Assembly: GCA_037379345.1 (NCBI GenBank)
Contig: CM074512.1
Span: 63,075,597-63,139,596, forward strand
Direction: 5' to 3'
From: Perna viridis
Taxonomy: Eukaryota
DNA: 64,000 bases
Positions 51,001-59,406 of the stretch are shown piece by piece (the stretch's first letter is position 1; every line of letters begins with the position of its first letter). The position numbers were made by a program, and so were the translations under genes. The notes under the pieces are model-generated. The model ran no database searches, was not told the origin of the DNA, and saw only the letters and a program-made list of their open reading frames with translations.

Positions 51001-54000
51001 CCTGTCTTTTCTTAGTCTTATTTTCCTGCATGGCAACATTGTATGCCCCAGTCATCTTAATGAACCAGGCACATTTATACATTGGGATGTTCTGCTCACA
51101 GAGTGTAGAAAATATCTCCTCCTTCTTGTTAAATGTTGGAACCTGAAAGTAAAAAAAAAACAATCTTCTAAAGATTCAAACATGCAGTTTCTTGAATAAA
51201 AAATTGGTAATGTCAGTGTTTTTTTTAATTGCCTTGTGTAAAGAAATTAATGTAAAAACCTTACTGAACTGTATTAATATGTATAATATCAATCTATAGT
51301 CTAGTCATTGGTAAAAGTTTGACCAAAATTTGCCAAACAGTTATCTACAAGTGTGTCAAACTGATAAATCACACATCAGCATTACTACATGTACAAGCCC
51401 ATGACTTTAGCCAAATGGGGATATAAAAATTAATACACCACAATAAATACTATCAGTGGTCTTTATAGGACTTTATAGCACTATGCTTGGCAGTGCTAAA
51501 ATTTTTAGCACTGTGCTATCTGATAATACTTTCAGTTACAATGCAATATGAGTACTGTCATGAATTGCTATAATTAAAAGAGGCATAAAGAGCTGTGCTA
51601 TACATGTATGCCAGTTAGCACTGCTATTTGAAATTCATGGGGATAACAGTTCACTTCAGCCTAAGGTCTCACAGATAAATACATGTTATACCTTTTTACC
51701 AAGTTGATGAAGTGGCTTGTTTCCTGCTAAATCTTTAAACCAAGCTTCCATGGCACTCTTGTTTTTAGCTGCCTATAATGATACAAGAAATTACATGTAC
51801 TGATAATTAGGTTTTAAAATCCCTCATTTCAAAAGTATATTTTATTGTAGAAAAAAAATAACAAGGGCAACGTGAACTGTAGAATCAAAATGACTTCTAA
51901 TAATCTGGCTATGACCTTGATCTTTGACCAAAGGAATAAAAAATATGCTAAATATTCATAAAAACATAGAACTTTGTATGTTCTATAATTAGTCAAATCC
52001 ATTTGATGTTGAAACTAGAGCTTTATAAGGTTGTTACCAAGGGAGTCATTACATCCCCTAGCAACTTCTTGGGTGACAAGAGGAAAAGGCAAGAACAACA
52101 ACTGTCAAAGGATTTTACTGTTAGCCAGAAAAGACACTTTAGACTAACTTTGTATCTACAATGCAACTTTTCTAAACAATATCCCTATGGGAGTGAATAA
52201 ACAAAATCCCTTTGGGAGTGAATAAACAAAATCCCTTTGGCAGTGAATAAACAAAATCCCTTTGGGAGTGAATAAACAAAATCCCTTTGGCAGTGAATAA
52301 ACAAAATCCCTTTGGCAGTGAATAAACAAAATCCCTTTGGGAGTGAATCCCTTTGGGAGTGAATCCCTTTGGGAGTGAATAAACAAAATCCCTTTGGGAG
52401 TGAATAAACAAAATCACTTAGGGAGTGAATAATTTGTTGTTTTGGCAATTTTTCAGTTTACACTGGTTCAAAATTCATTGAATTTTTTTGTATTATTCAG
52501 TGTAAGAATCAGGCAATGGGTGGTACATCATATTTCTCAATTTGGTCTTTTTTCCTCAAATATATTAAATACATCTAAAAAAAACTGAAATTTTTTTTGA
52601 ATTTATCCTGAAGCATTGGTAACGTAAATAGTTTTAGACTGCTTATATAAGGAAAAACTGCAGGAAAAGTTTGCCATCATTTTTCCATAGTCATTTCAAC
52701 TAAATTTGACCTATCAATATCTTAAAAAGGCAAATTTTACAAACACTTTGATGCTTATATTTGGAGGTAATTGGGTATAAATACTTGGTTAATGCAATAA
52801 AATCTCTGCATTTTTTTTCTTCATGTGCCACACTTTATACACATTTTGCCTGATTCTTAAGACTGAGAAGTACTTAAATGAATGGACTTCAGAATATGTC
52901 GGTTTTAGACAGATTACTGGTATATCCAGGGTTTCATTGTATACATATACATGTAATATTAATTATCAATCACTTTATACCCAAAGTGACACACAAGATT
53001 ATAAGATGAAGAAACACTATTTATCAGTGCAAAATAAAATTACAAAAACATCATTCTCCAAATGACACTACTGTCAATATATGTCAGCTCATGAACTTAC
53101 TGGCCAGAAATTATCTTTAGATGGCTGCTGCTTCTTTTTGGATGTATCTTGAAATGTGTTAAACTCTTTCTTCTTGTTAAGCACATATATAAAATCCTGG
53201 CCAAACTACAAGACAAAAGAGGGAATTCAGTGTTTAATAATGTTAAGTACAATATAAGAGGGTATATCGAAAGTTGCTGTTTTCTTCTTTAAAATATCTT
53301 AATCTTTTTTAAGTGTTTTATCTTGCAAATAAAAAAAAAATTGGAAGGATTTGACTTAATATTCAATTTGCCAATTTTCACATACAATTTCCACTACCGA
53401 GAATATTGCATCTCACCTCACTTAATGACAGAAGAGTCATGAAATAAAACCTCAGATGGATCATAAAATGTCAGTTAAAACATTAAATCCTTCATGTGCA
53501 TTCAAAAGCTTTAAGAGGTGTAGGGGTAAGTGCATGAATACTGGAGAATATTGATACAAGTAGTACAATATATAGCACAAGCTTGCCAGTGCAAAATATT
53601 TAAACGAGGGATAATATTCCCCAATTTTTATGCAATAACCCCTTTTTTGTATAGCAAAGCTTAATATGTTGTTAAAGATGAATTTCTGTCATCAATGAGG
53701 TCATGAATTTACTGATGATTGGATGCCATATTAAATTTATTTTTATAAAAATGCAAATTTATTGCTTGCTCTAACTTTTGGTTGCTTTCTGTGGTAAATA
53801 ATATGGTGCTTTAACTGTACAGTAACACTACATGTACTTACCTTGTCCTGACTGACATTTTCTCTTCTAGCTGACCCATACTGCAATTAAACAAAACATC
53901 AAAATAATTGGTTAGAACTCAATGTCTTATAATTATATTCCATGACTATGTTTGAGTTTTTTTTTTCATTTTACTACGTTAAATTTACCATTAAATATCT

Positions 54001-55642
54001 AAATACAAGTAATATAATTTGTTTATTATGTCCCAGTCTCAATGTATTAATATAAAATTTTACTAGAATCAAGTTTTGAAAAATTTCAAATTGATTTTGA
54101 TCCAGATACTCTTTAACCCTTAATCAAACCCTTGCAGACTTAATGTTTTGTTCAGCTTAAACTCATACTTGGTTTATATAGCCAAATGTGCCACATACAT
54201 TGTATGATACATGTGATAATCATATGGCAACTGATTCATATGATAATCATGCAATAAACATACTGTAAATGAATGTGAAGTGAAACACAACTTCCCTATC
54301 ACGCTCATTTCATATTATTACCATATGTTGCAAACCAATATGATTCTCATGTGAGGCACATTTGGCTACGAAGTAAGGTTCAAAATGTAATGGTACCAAC
54401 ATAAAGAATCTGGGACTTTAGAAAATGTTTTCTGTTTATCCTGGTCATGATTAAGCAAGCTATTACCCATTTATTAAAATTCTATTGGGACAAGATAGAA
54501 TGCACAATTATGCATGATAGGAAATCAGTAATTGTTTGCTTCCACTATTGGCATTTCTACCAAATGAACAACTAAGATCACACATACTTCATCCATGTTA
54601 AACATTTGTGTATTGCTGAAGCCATGTTTGACACTTTTCTCTGTAAGTTCATCCTGAAAAAAAATCAAATGGATTAAATACTTGTAAGTTAGTTCAACTG
54701 TGCATATCTTGAAATATGTACATGTATAATTGTATACAGTTTAGGAAATACAGCCCAACATATTTGTTAAATTTTTCCTCATTGGCAGTCATATTTAGAA
54801 GTACATTGCATATATAAAGTATTTTACCACTTTGAAATTGAGATCTAACAGGCCTTGATAACCAAGTGATTTAGGGTGCTGGGCTTCTTACCTCAAGATC
54901 AAAACTATAATGGGTTTGAGCACCATATGGGTAAAGGTTTCCAGACACCTATACTAGATCAGGGTTTTACAAATTTTTCAGCAATCTTGTTAAAATCCTC
55001 TTTAAAAAGCATAGTGAGCATACAAGGAGCTCATAATTGCCACAGTCATTTATCTCATTGTTGCATAAAAAAACTCAATACAAATGCTGGACTTATTTCA
55101 GTTGTTGACTTGTAGACACCTAAATGCATTAACAGAGGTTAAGTAAAACTGACATTTTGTATCTCTGTGTTACAGCCTAGTTTCTATCAATGGATGGTTA
55201 CTATTAAATATAAATATAGTAGCTTCATATTCAGTAGTAACTGGCCATTGATAGATACTGCCAGTGTAAGTGTACTTGGTCTTGGGATAAATATATGCCA
55301 AATTATGGCAAAACTACAACAAACTGAAGTGAAAAATCACATCCTTACAACATCTTCGTCTGAAACACAACTTCATTTTATTAACATTAACAAAGGGTAA
55401 GATTATAAGCATTTTAAAATTACATGAGAAGTATCAAAGTTTCTGGAGACATCCATTTTGTTCTTTGTTTACGGAGGAAGATCGAGAGATTGTGCACTCA
55501 TCAACCAGAAAAATACCCCATATTATGCAATAAATCTTTGAATACTTACTTCCTTCTGTTTGTGTTCTTGTGGATAAACATCTGGTGGCCCCAGTCTGGG
55601 TTTTTTAAGGGGCCGAAATTCCTGAGAAGGGTAAGCAGCCAT
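14754..55642 (-). CDS. MED12: Mediator of RNA polymerase II transcription subunit 12 (MED12/MED12L-like, kohtalo), 40 coding exons, ~2054 aa
   Basis: N-terminus [40 protein letters not shown] matches the MED12 N-terminus. Internal motifs [27 protein letters not shown] (LCEWAV domain), [55 protein letters not shown], and a Q-rich C-terminus. The 40 exons join in frame via GT-AG introns (sum 6165 nt). Confidence 0.97.
15307..15693. mobile_element. Inverted homologue of the 52490 element
   Basis: gcagagattttattg.attaaccaagtatttatacc...catcaaagtgtttgtaaaatttgcc is the reverse complement of 52730-52810. Confidence 0.72.
16281..16598. mobile_element. MITE with imperfect ~35-bp TIRs
   Basis: atgtgatgca...ctacacatttttatttt vs aaaataaaaatgtatagg...tgcatcacat. 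Confidence 0.6.
16648..16834 (-). CDS. MED12: MED12 exon 39
   Basis: ccgcag|[15 protein letters not shown]...SQQQQFNT|gtgggt. Confidence 0.88.
17287..17476 (+). mobile_element. MITE family A, diverged copy
   Basis: accaattttcgtgg...aaatttggttcccaatgaa...aagtaccttcacagta. Confidence 0.75.
17545..17802 (-). repeat. 97-bp tandem triplication of MED12 exon 38 3' end + donor
   Basis: atccctact..caggctgatt.at.ggcatctgtctctggaacatccc.ggaggcatatcccc at 17545, 17642 and 17739. Confidence 0.95.
17751..17978 (-). CDS. MED12: MED12 exon 38
   Basis: [22 protein letters not shown]...[17 protein letters not shown]|gtaagt. Confidence 0.88.
18931..19033 (-). CDS. MED12: MED12 exon 37
   Basis: tctcag|[34 protein letters not shown]|gtaaga. 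Confidence 0.86.
19658..19762 (-). CDS. MED12: MED12 exon 36
   Basis: ttttcag|[35 protein letters not shown]|gtaaat; basic NLS-like stretch. Confidence 0.86.
19751..20060 (-). repeat. ~29-bp minisatellite built from the exon 36 acceptor (11 units, higher-order structure)
   Basis: Unit tggtttatcatcctgaaaatacatgtaca (+) = tgtacatgtattttcag|GATGATAAACCA (-). Confidence 0.95.
20663..20765 (-). CDS. MED12: MED12 exon 35
   Basis: [34 protein letters not shown]|gtgaat. Confidence 0.92.
21451..21590 (-). CDS. MED12: MED12 exon 34
   Basis: [46 protein letters not shown]|gtacaa. Confidence 0.93.
21754..21909 (-). CDS. MED12: MED12 exon 33
   Basis: [23 protein letters not shown]...CEPHG..DSKGNK...KKQ|gtgagt. 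Confidence 0.94.
22456..22579 (-). CDS. MED12: MED12 exon 32
   Basis: [21 protein letters not shown]...[10 protein letters not shown]|gtacgt. Confidence 0.93.
22820..23121. mobile_element. Second copy of the foldback MITE (left end uncertain)
   Basis: Shares ataattgacagctattcaaactt, caaaagatcacaca and gatttctacc with the 47740 copy; internal inverted arms. Confidence 0.72.
23157..23266 (-). CDS. MED12: MED12 exon 31
   Basis: atttag|[36 protein letters not shown]|gtaagt. Confidence 0.93.
23252..23445 (-). repeat. ~47-bp tandem repeat built from the exon 31 acceptor (4 units)
   Basis: Unit aaacataccaccaacctaaataaaggggaggtaacctttatagtac. Confidence 0.92.
23605..23980. mobile_element. Tc1/mariner-type MITE, TA TSD, CAGT termini
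   Basis: TA|cagtccttgaactgatccgtgcaa ... ttgcttggattggttcaggtactg|TA; internal gatcgatgac subterminal repeats in inverted orientation. Confidence 0.78.
24257..24415 (-). repeat. Three further copies of the exon 31 acceptor unit
   Basis: ccaacctaaataaagg at 24271, 24331 and 24383. Confidence 0.9.
24925..25215. mobile_element. Short HINE-like element with GACA microsatellite
   Basis: aacaag start, ccataactc core, (acag)n tract, atgtcccc end. Confidence 0.45.
25234..25302 (-). CDS. MED12: MED12 exon 30
   Basis: cttcag|[23 protein letters not shown]|gtatgt. Confidence 0.92.
25556..25770 (+). mobile_element. ~210-bp MITE family A (TACTGTGAAAGTAC...GTACTTTCACAGTA termini)
   Basis: Terminal inverted repeats; homologous to copies at 17287, 35538, 40212 and 49731. 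Confidence 0.85.
26294..26426 (-). CDS. MED12: MED12 exon 29
   Basis: [31 protein letters not shown]...KDAL|gtaagt. Confidence 0.94.
26521..27410 (-). mobile_element. Helentron/HINE (DINE-like) non-autonomous element
   Basis: On (-): T-rich start ttttttagctcacctg, GTC/GTT microsatellite, ~320-bp internal duplication (ctgacccctatgtt at ~26870 and ~27196), subTIR caggtgagc and terminal hairpin ggctcctgggagcc-tcttgtt. Confidence 0.78.
27774..27932 (-). CDS. MED12: MED12 exon 28
   Basis: [38 protein letters not shown]...NLK|gtgaag. Confidence 0.92.
28590..29112 (-). repeat. 33/53-bp minisatellite built from the exon 27 donor (13 units incl. the real junction)
   Basis: Unit ccagtatttatacctacctgttttgtttctgtg (+) = cacagaaacaaaacag|GTAGGTATAAATACTGG (-). 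Confidence 0.95.
29098..29216 (-). CDS. MED12: MED12 exon 27
   Basis: gtttag|[39 protein letters not shown]|gtaggt, ends phase 2. Confidence 0.88.
30039..30052. promoter_or_regulatory. RFX X-box-like palindrome in MED12 intron 26
   Basis: GTTACCATGGAAAC. Confidence 0.35.
33052..33228 (-). CDS. MED12: MED12 exon 26
   Basis: [11 protein letters not shown]...[27 protein letters not shown]|gtaagt. Confidence 0.93.
33879..34041 (-). CDS. MED12: MED12 exon 25
   Basis: [36 protein letters not shown]...LTNKQ|gtttgc. Confidence 0.92.
34460..34730 (-). repeat. ~57-bp degenerate tandem repeat built from the exon 24 3' end + donor (5 units)
   Basis: taccctaacatcat...catcatcatc....actat.gagta at ~34460, 34511, 34568, 34625 and 34681. 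Confidence 0.9.
34685..34811 (-). CDS. MED12: MED12 exon 24
   Basis: ttctag|[10 protein letters not shown]...[10 protein letters not shown]|gtaagg; phase 1 in, phase 2 out. Confidence 0.88.
35265..35489 (-). CDS. MED12: MED12 exon 23
   Basis: [21 protein letters not shown]...[24 protein letters not shown]|gtaagt. Confidence 0.94.
35538..35751 (-). mobile_element. MITE family A, inverted copy
   Basis: Reverse complement of the 25556 copy. Confidence 0.82.
36334..36460 (-). CDS. MED12: MED12 exon 22
   Basis: [42 protein letters not shown]|gtaagg. Confidence 0.93.
36918..37306 (+). mobile_element. TTAA-flanked non-autonomous DNA transposon family B (Kolobok/piggyBac-type TSD)
   Basis: TTAA|gtagcagtc...gactggtac|TTAA; homologous to 42062-42458 and (inverted) 58578-58932. 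Confidence 0.82.
37405..37546 (-). CDS. MED12: MED12 exon 21
   Basis: [13 protein letters not shown]...[14 protein letters not shown]...LLTQCE|gtaagt. Confidence 0.94.
37890..38006 (-). CDS. MED12: MED12 exon 20
   Basis: [38 protein letters not shown]|gtaagt. Confidence 0.92.
38723..38853 (-). CDS. MED12: MED12 exon 19
   Basis: [19 protein letters not shown]...[13 protein letters not shown]|gtaagt. Confidence 0.92.
39459..39567 (-). CDS. MED12: MED12 exon 18
   Basis: [36 protein letters not shown]|gtaagt. Confidence 0.94.
39994..40157 (-). CDS. MED12: MED12 exon 17
   Basis: [43 protein letters not shown]...FE|gtaagt. Confidence 0.93.
40212..40421 (+). mobile_element. MITE family A copy
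   Basis: gtgaaagtac...gtactttcacagta; colinear with the 25556 copy. Confidence 0.85.
41197..41768 (-). CDS. MED12: MED12 exon 16
   Basis: [27 protein letters not shown]...[16 protein letters not shown]|gttagt. Confidence 0.95.
41930..42038 (-). CDS. MED12: MED12 exon 15
   Basis: ttttcag|[36 protein letters not shown]|gtaggt; phase 0 in, phase 1 out, as required. Confidence 0.85.
42062..42458 (+). mobile_element. Family B copy
   Basis: gtagcagtc...gattttctcaaaagtacagatctgaatg...gactggtac|TTAA. Confidence 0.82.
42514..42947. repeat. 29-bp minisatellite, ~15 units, MED12 intron 14
   Basis: Unit catcatagatgtaacaaattgactcatca. Confidence 0.95.
43229..43443 (-). CDS. MED12: MED12 exon 14
   Basis: [43 protein letters not shown]...IRNE|gtattt. 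Confidence 0.93.
43863..43989 (-). CDS. MED12: MED12 exon 13
   Basis: [14 protein letters not shown]...[18 protein letters not shown]|gtaact. Confidence 0.91.
44642..44773 (-). CDS. MED12: MED12 exon 12
   Basis: [44 protein letters not shown] (LCEWAV-equivalent motif). Confidence 0.92.
45658..45794 (-). CDS. MED12: MED12 exon 11
   Basis: [19 protein letters not shown]...KDGNE|gtatgg. Confidence 0.93.
47048..47418 (-). CDS. MED12: MED12 exon 10
   Basis: MTSANSNQ...CPTALVWN...[11 protein letters not shown]...[12 protein letters not shown]|gtatgc. Confidence 0.94.
47740..48115. mobile_element. Foldback (near-palindromic) MITE, TA-flanked
   Basis: TA|cagctagttgaaat...ttaagtttgaataactgtcaattatgatg / catcataattgacagctattcaaacttaa...atttcaattagctg|TA. 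Confidence 0.82.
48210..48352 (-). CDS. MED12: MED12 exon 9
   Basis: ttttag|[22 protein letters not shown]...ASNGQ|gtaggt, ends phase 2. Confidence 0.9.
48509..48718. mobile_element. TA-ended MITE (TACTGTAA...TTACAGTA)
   Basis: Short TIRs; CpG-retaining interior in a CpG-poor intron. Confidence 0.6.
48941..49051 (-). CDS. MED12: MED12 exon 8
   Basis: ttacag|[37 protein letters not shown]|gtatag. Confidence 0.93.
49405..49598 (-). CDS. MED12: MED12 exon 7
   Basis: [10 protein letters not shown]...[15 protein letters not shown]|gtaaat. Confidence 0.92.
49731..49940 (-). mobile_element. MITE family A, inverted copy with intact TIRs
   Basis: tactgtgaaagtact...agtactttcacagta. Confidence 0.88.
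50648..50965. mobile_element. TTAA-flanked MITE family C (subterminal GTAAGAATCAGGCA)
   Basis: TTAA|gtgtcagt..gtaagaatcaggca ... tgcatgattcttacaaatactgacac|TTAA. Confidence 0.78.
50983..51142 (-). CDS. MED12: MED12 exon 6
   Basis: tttcag|[11 protein letters not shown]...KRQAVDQSV|gtaaga, ends phase 1. Confidence 0.93.
51692..51772 (-). CDS. MED12: MED12 exon 5
   Basis: tatag|[27 protein letters not shown]|gtataa. Confidence 0.92.
52181..52432. repeat. 25-bp minisatellite (with 16-bp truncated units), MED12 intron 4
   Basis: Unit atccctttgggagtgaataaacaaa. Confidence 0.95.
52490..52873. mobile_element. Family C-related copy
   Basis: gtaagaatcaggcaa ... ttgcctgattcttaagactgagaagtac|TTAA; inverted homologue at 15307-15693. 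Confidence 0.72.
53101..53205 (-). CDS. MED12: MED12 exon 4
   Basis: ttgtag|[35 protein letters not shown]|gtaagt. Confidence 0.92.
53842..53880 (-). CDS. MED12: MED12 exon 3 (39 nt)
   Basis: ttgcag|[13 protein letters not shown]|gtaagt. Confidence 0.88.
54588..54653 (-). CDS. MED12: MED12 exon 2
   Basis: ttttcag|[22 protein letters not shown]|gtatgt. Confidence 0.93.
55550..55642 (-). CDS. MED12: MED12 coding exon 1
   Basis: ATG at 55642; [31 protein letters not shown]; donor GTAAGT, phase 0. Confidence 0.95.
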
Positions 55643-55760
55643 CCTTTGCAATTTACATTTTCGACGTTAAAACGTTCTTAGGCTGACCAAGGTAGTGGAA
55701 GCGTCGACAAGCGCTCATGTTACCTGGATAAAATAAGCAACTTCGTGATAGAGTTCTCTC
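55643..55760 (-). promoter_or_regulatory. MED12 5'-UTR/promoter-proximal CpG-retaining patch
   Basis: Cluster of CpGs (tcgacg, aacgtt, gcgtcgac, gcgc) immediately upstream of the ATG, contrasting with the CpG-poor gene body. Confidence 0.5.
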
Positions 55761-56413
55761 TCTTTGGCTATTAACAACACAAGAATGCTATCTTATTTTT
55801 ACTCAAGTTGTTTTACTATTTAGAAAAATATGAACAAGTGAACGAAACAATATTAACTAGACAAACAATGCAAACACATTTTGTTCTGTACTTATTTTGA
55901 ACAGAGAGTGTATTGTAATATTATTACTAATATTGGCTAGTTTTTTTTAGTTATGCTGTTTTTTTCCCAGGAATTTGAAAGCTTTAGTCACTTCAGCGTG
56001 AGAAAATGAGGACCATTATATTGATATATTTTTTTAAAGTACAGTAGTATTTGCATCCTACATGCCTGGAATTTAATTTAAAAAAAGAAACCCAGCTTTT
56101 AAGAATCATCAAAAATAGAAATCTCTTTACACTCTTATACATTAATCAGACATACAAGTGTGCATCCCTGACAGTTTTAAATGTACATATATTTCATATA
56201 AAAAATGCTGTTCTGCATTGCCACCCTTTTGTAGAAACACAAAAATATATGTAACACAGTTTAGATATAGAAATGCCTTAACATGCACCAGTGCTACATT
56301 GGAAAGATATATATTTTTTCAAATATCATATTTCCCTATTGTTGCCTCATAAAATTCTATTTTAGCACAATTTTCAACTGTGCTTTTGACAAATTTATGT
56401 CATTATTTTTCAG

Positions 56414-57603
56414 TTTTTAAGAGATTTCCCTAACATGGAAAGACCTTATTGTTTTTCTGTTTGTTTGTTTGTTTGTTTTGTTTGTTTGATTGTTTGTTTT
56501 ATTATTATTCTTCTTCCGTTATTTGCAAAATTTTCTTTCACATGCTGTATCTTATTCATCTTTCAAGATATCATTACCAAATTTGGACCATCGATAGGGC
56601 TCATTAAGGACTTTTACCAGTAGAAGTTATCTCCCTTTTAATGCCTTTTTTTAACATGGTCCCCCAAACTCACTTTTCAGGATATCATGACCATATTTGG
56701 TGAACATGTCGATGTCATCAGGTTTAATTAGGAAATGACCCTGCTAAGGATTTCATTACCATTTTTAAGAGTTGTGTGCCTTTAAAACAGTTTCTTTTAC
56801 TCGCTCATATCTTAAAAACCATAAGAGATAGAATAATTCTGGAAACAGTTTCATGCACATTAGCAATCGGCCTAATCAATAAACATAAATTTGTATTTTG
56901 TTATCAAACAATACGGGAGTTATATCCCTTGAAATATCATACTTAAGTTTTAAAAATTTATATTTTGAGAACCGGAAGTTGTAGAGACGTGGGACCTTCA
57001 TCAATGATCTTTGGTTCATGTGACCTTTCATTTGCACCCAAGGTCCAAAGAGTGCTAGAAAGCCTTCTCACTGCAATCTTCAGGCATTAATATTGAGAAA
57101 ACAGTAAGAGATATGTGCATACATACAGCGTGTGAAATGACACTCTCGTTTTGAGAGAAAATTTACAACTGTCAGACCGTCTGTTCTAATAAGGTAAGGT
57201 TGTTCAATATCAAATGAAAGGTCTTAAAACGTACATCGAAATAAGTAACTTGGGTAAGGTCAATGTGTGCAAAACTTATTAAAAATTAGGTTGTCGCATA
57301 TCAAATCAAAGATCATAATGTGTTCATCTCAAATTTCCATTTATTTATATAGAAAAATAACCCAGTTGGGTTTAATAAGTGCAAAATTCTAAAGTTTACA
57401 GAAAGTAGGGTTGTTGTATATCTAATGAAAGGTCGTCGAGTTGACTATTTCAGGTCATGATTGGAACATCGACAATTGCATTTGACAAGGTCACCAAGTG
57501 CAAAAAGTCAAACTGTTACAGATATTTTAATGTGTATAACACAAAGAGGAAGTTTTTCAAGGGAAAGACCTTTCAATTGTTTAAAAACAATTGACATACT
57601 AGT
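56414..57603 (+). mobile_element. Helentron/HINE-like element upstream of MED12
   Basis: ggaaagacctt near both ends, TTTG/ATT/CTT microsatellite near the 5' end, terminal hairpin caattgtt...aacaattg followed by ctagt. Confidence 0.65.
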
Positions 57604-58577
57604 ACTTAGTATTGGTCCCTGAGGAATTCATCGATAGTATAAATGAGATTTTCAAAATTGTAAATATTGGTGACATGCAACTACAAAATGTAGTGACAAA
57701 ATTACCTACATTTGGTTTACACTCAAGTTTGATGTACAAAAATAAATGATAAATTACTTTTTATGTCATTTTGAGACAAAGTGAATGAGAAGTAAAGGAA
57801 TTTTCAAAGCAGCAATTGTTACCAGCATTTGAGCTTTCACGCTTGAGTGGCGAATTAGGTGATTATTTACACAAAAATTTGACACCTGTTGAGAGTTGTA
57901 ATTAGGTTGTGGTAATTAAATTGTCACTTTCGCCACTTGAATCAATGTTGGGCTTACAGCGCTAAATGTGTTTTGTACTTTCAAAGATTTCAAGTGACGA
58001 AATGAGACTCGATTATTTTCGTCATTCTGAAAAGTCCTTCGTCATTGGCGAAAATGACGAGCGCCAGAAAAATCACAATTATGTCAATTACCATGTAATC
58101 TCTGCACCTGTACATGATGATGATAATAAAGATGTGTGTTCAAAATATTCAGTTCAATGTAGTTGGTCACTAATTATCATGACTAATTGTAGATAAAGAT
58201 TGTGAAAGGTTGAATGATGTTTCACCTTTAAAAGATAGTTAAAAGCACCATAAAAGCATTATTAGCTCAGTTGCAGGGTGAGCTTTGTTTGTTTACATGG
58301 TGCATAACAGTATTAAAGGCATCACATTTTTTTATGTAAAAATTATGGATTTTTTTAATTCACTTGTATTCAGATAAAAAATGAAAATTTTTGTGCTGGT
58401 ATTTTGACAATAACTTTTTTTTCAGATGTCAAACTAATTTTACACTAAAAGATTTCTTATCTTACACTCTCATGCAGATGTTATAGAGACAAGCTGCAAC
58501 TTATTTCTGCAGTTTGTTCTTGCTTCCTAATTAAGCAACAACAAAAAAAAAAAACTGGGTTTACATCAATAAATTCA

Positions 58578-58932
58578 GTACCAATCCATAAAAATTGAGA
58601 CACTGCCAATGATAGAGGTGATTCATTGTGTAGAAAATCCGGCAAACAATGATGTGTCTTCAATCTACATACACTCTATTGTTCTGTAAGTAAAGTTATT
58701 TCTGCATATAGATCTGTATTTTGGAGAAAACCATATTCATCTCCCACTAAAGTCAACCAAATCAAGAACAATAACTCTTCCAAAGAGCCAATTTTATGAA
58801 CGATCTCAAAAATGCAACAACCCAAAGACTGATTATGTGGCCTGTAACTCTTTCTAAATAAGAAATTAAGGTGTAATTTGTGGATTTTTGACATGCATAA
58901 ATCATTGTCTGATAAATACAAAGACTGCCTAC
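58578..58932 (-). mobile_element. Family B, inverted diverged copy
   Basis: gtaccaatccataaaa...cccactaaagtcaaccaaatcaag...ttgacatgcat...aagactg. Confidence 0.72.
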
Positions 58933-58950
58933 CTAACAAATAATGAACAC

Positions 58951-59406
58951 TCAGTTCTATGTAATGGTCTTATTTTATCCGTCAGTTCTATGTAATGGTT
59001 TTATTTTATCAGTCAGTTCTATGTAATGGTTTTTGTTTTATCAGTCAGTTCTATGTAATGGTTTTGTTTTATCAGTCAGTTCTATGTAATGTTTTTTTTT
59101 TATTTTATCAGTCAGTTCTATGTAATGGTTTTGTTTTATCAGTCAGTTCTATGTAATGTTTTTTTTATTTTATCAGTCAGTTCTATGTAATGTTTTTTTT
59201 TTTATTTTATCAGTCAGTTCTATGTAATGGTTTTGTTTTATCAGTCAGTTCTATGTAATGTTTTTTTTTATTTTATCAGTCAGTTCTATGTAATTTTTTT
59301 TATTTTATCAGTCAGTTCTATGTAATGGTTTTGTTTCATCAGTCAGTTCTATGTAATGTTTTTATTTTATCAGTCAGTTCTATGTAATGGTTTTATTTTA
59401 TCAGTC
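58951..59406. repeat. ~31-bp minisatellite with variable poly-T, ~14 units
   Basis: Unit tcagttctatgtaatggttttattttatcag. Confidence 0.95.

Noticed and set aside
52156-52448. Three overlapping minus-strand ORFs ([12 protein letters not shown]...)
   Set aside because: Stop-free reading of the 25-bp minisatellite.
55715-55730. CAG|GTAAC donor-like site upstream of the MED12 ATG suggesting a 5'-UTR intron
   Set aside because: No convincing pyrimidine-tract acceptor between it and the ATG; unsupported without transcripts.
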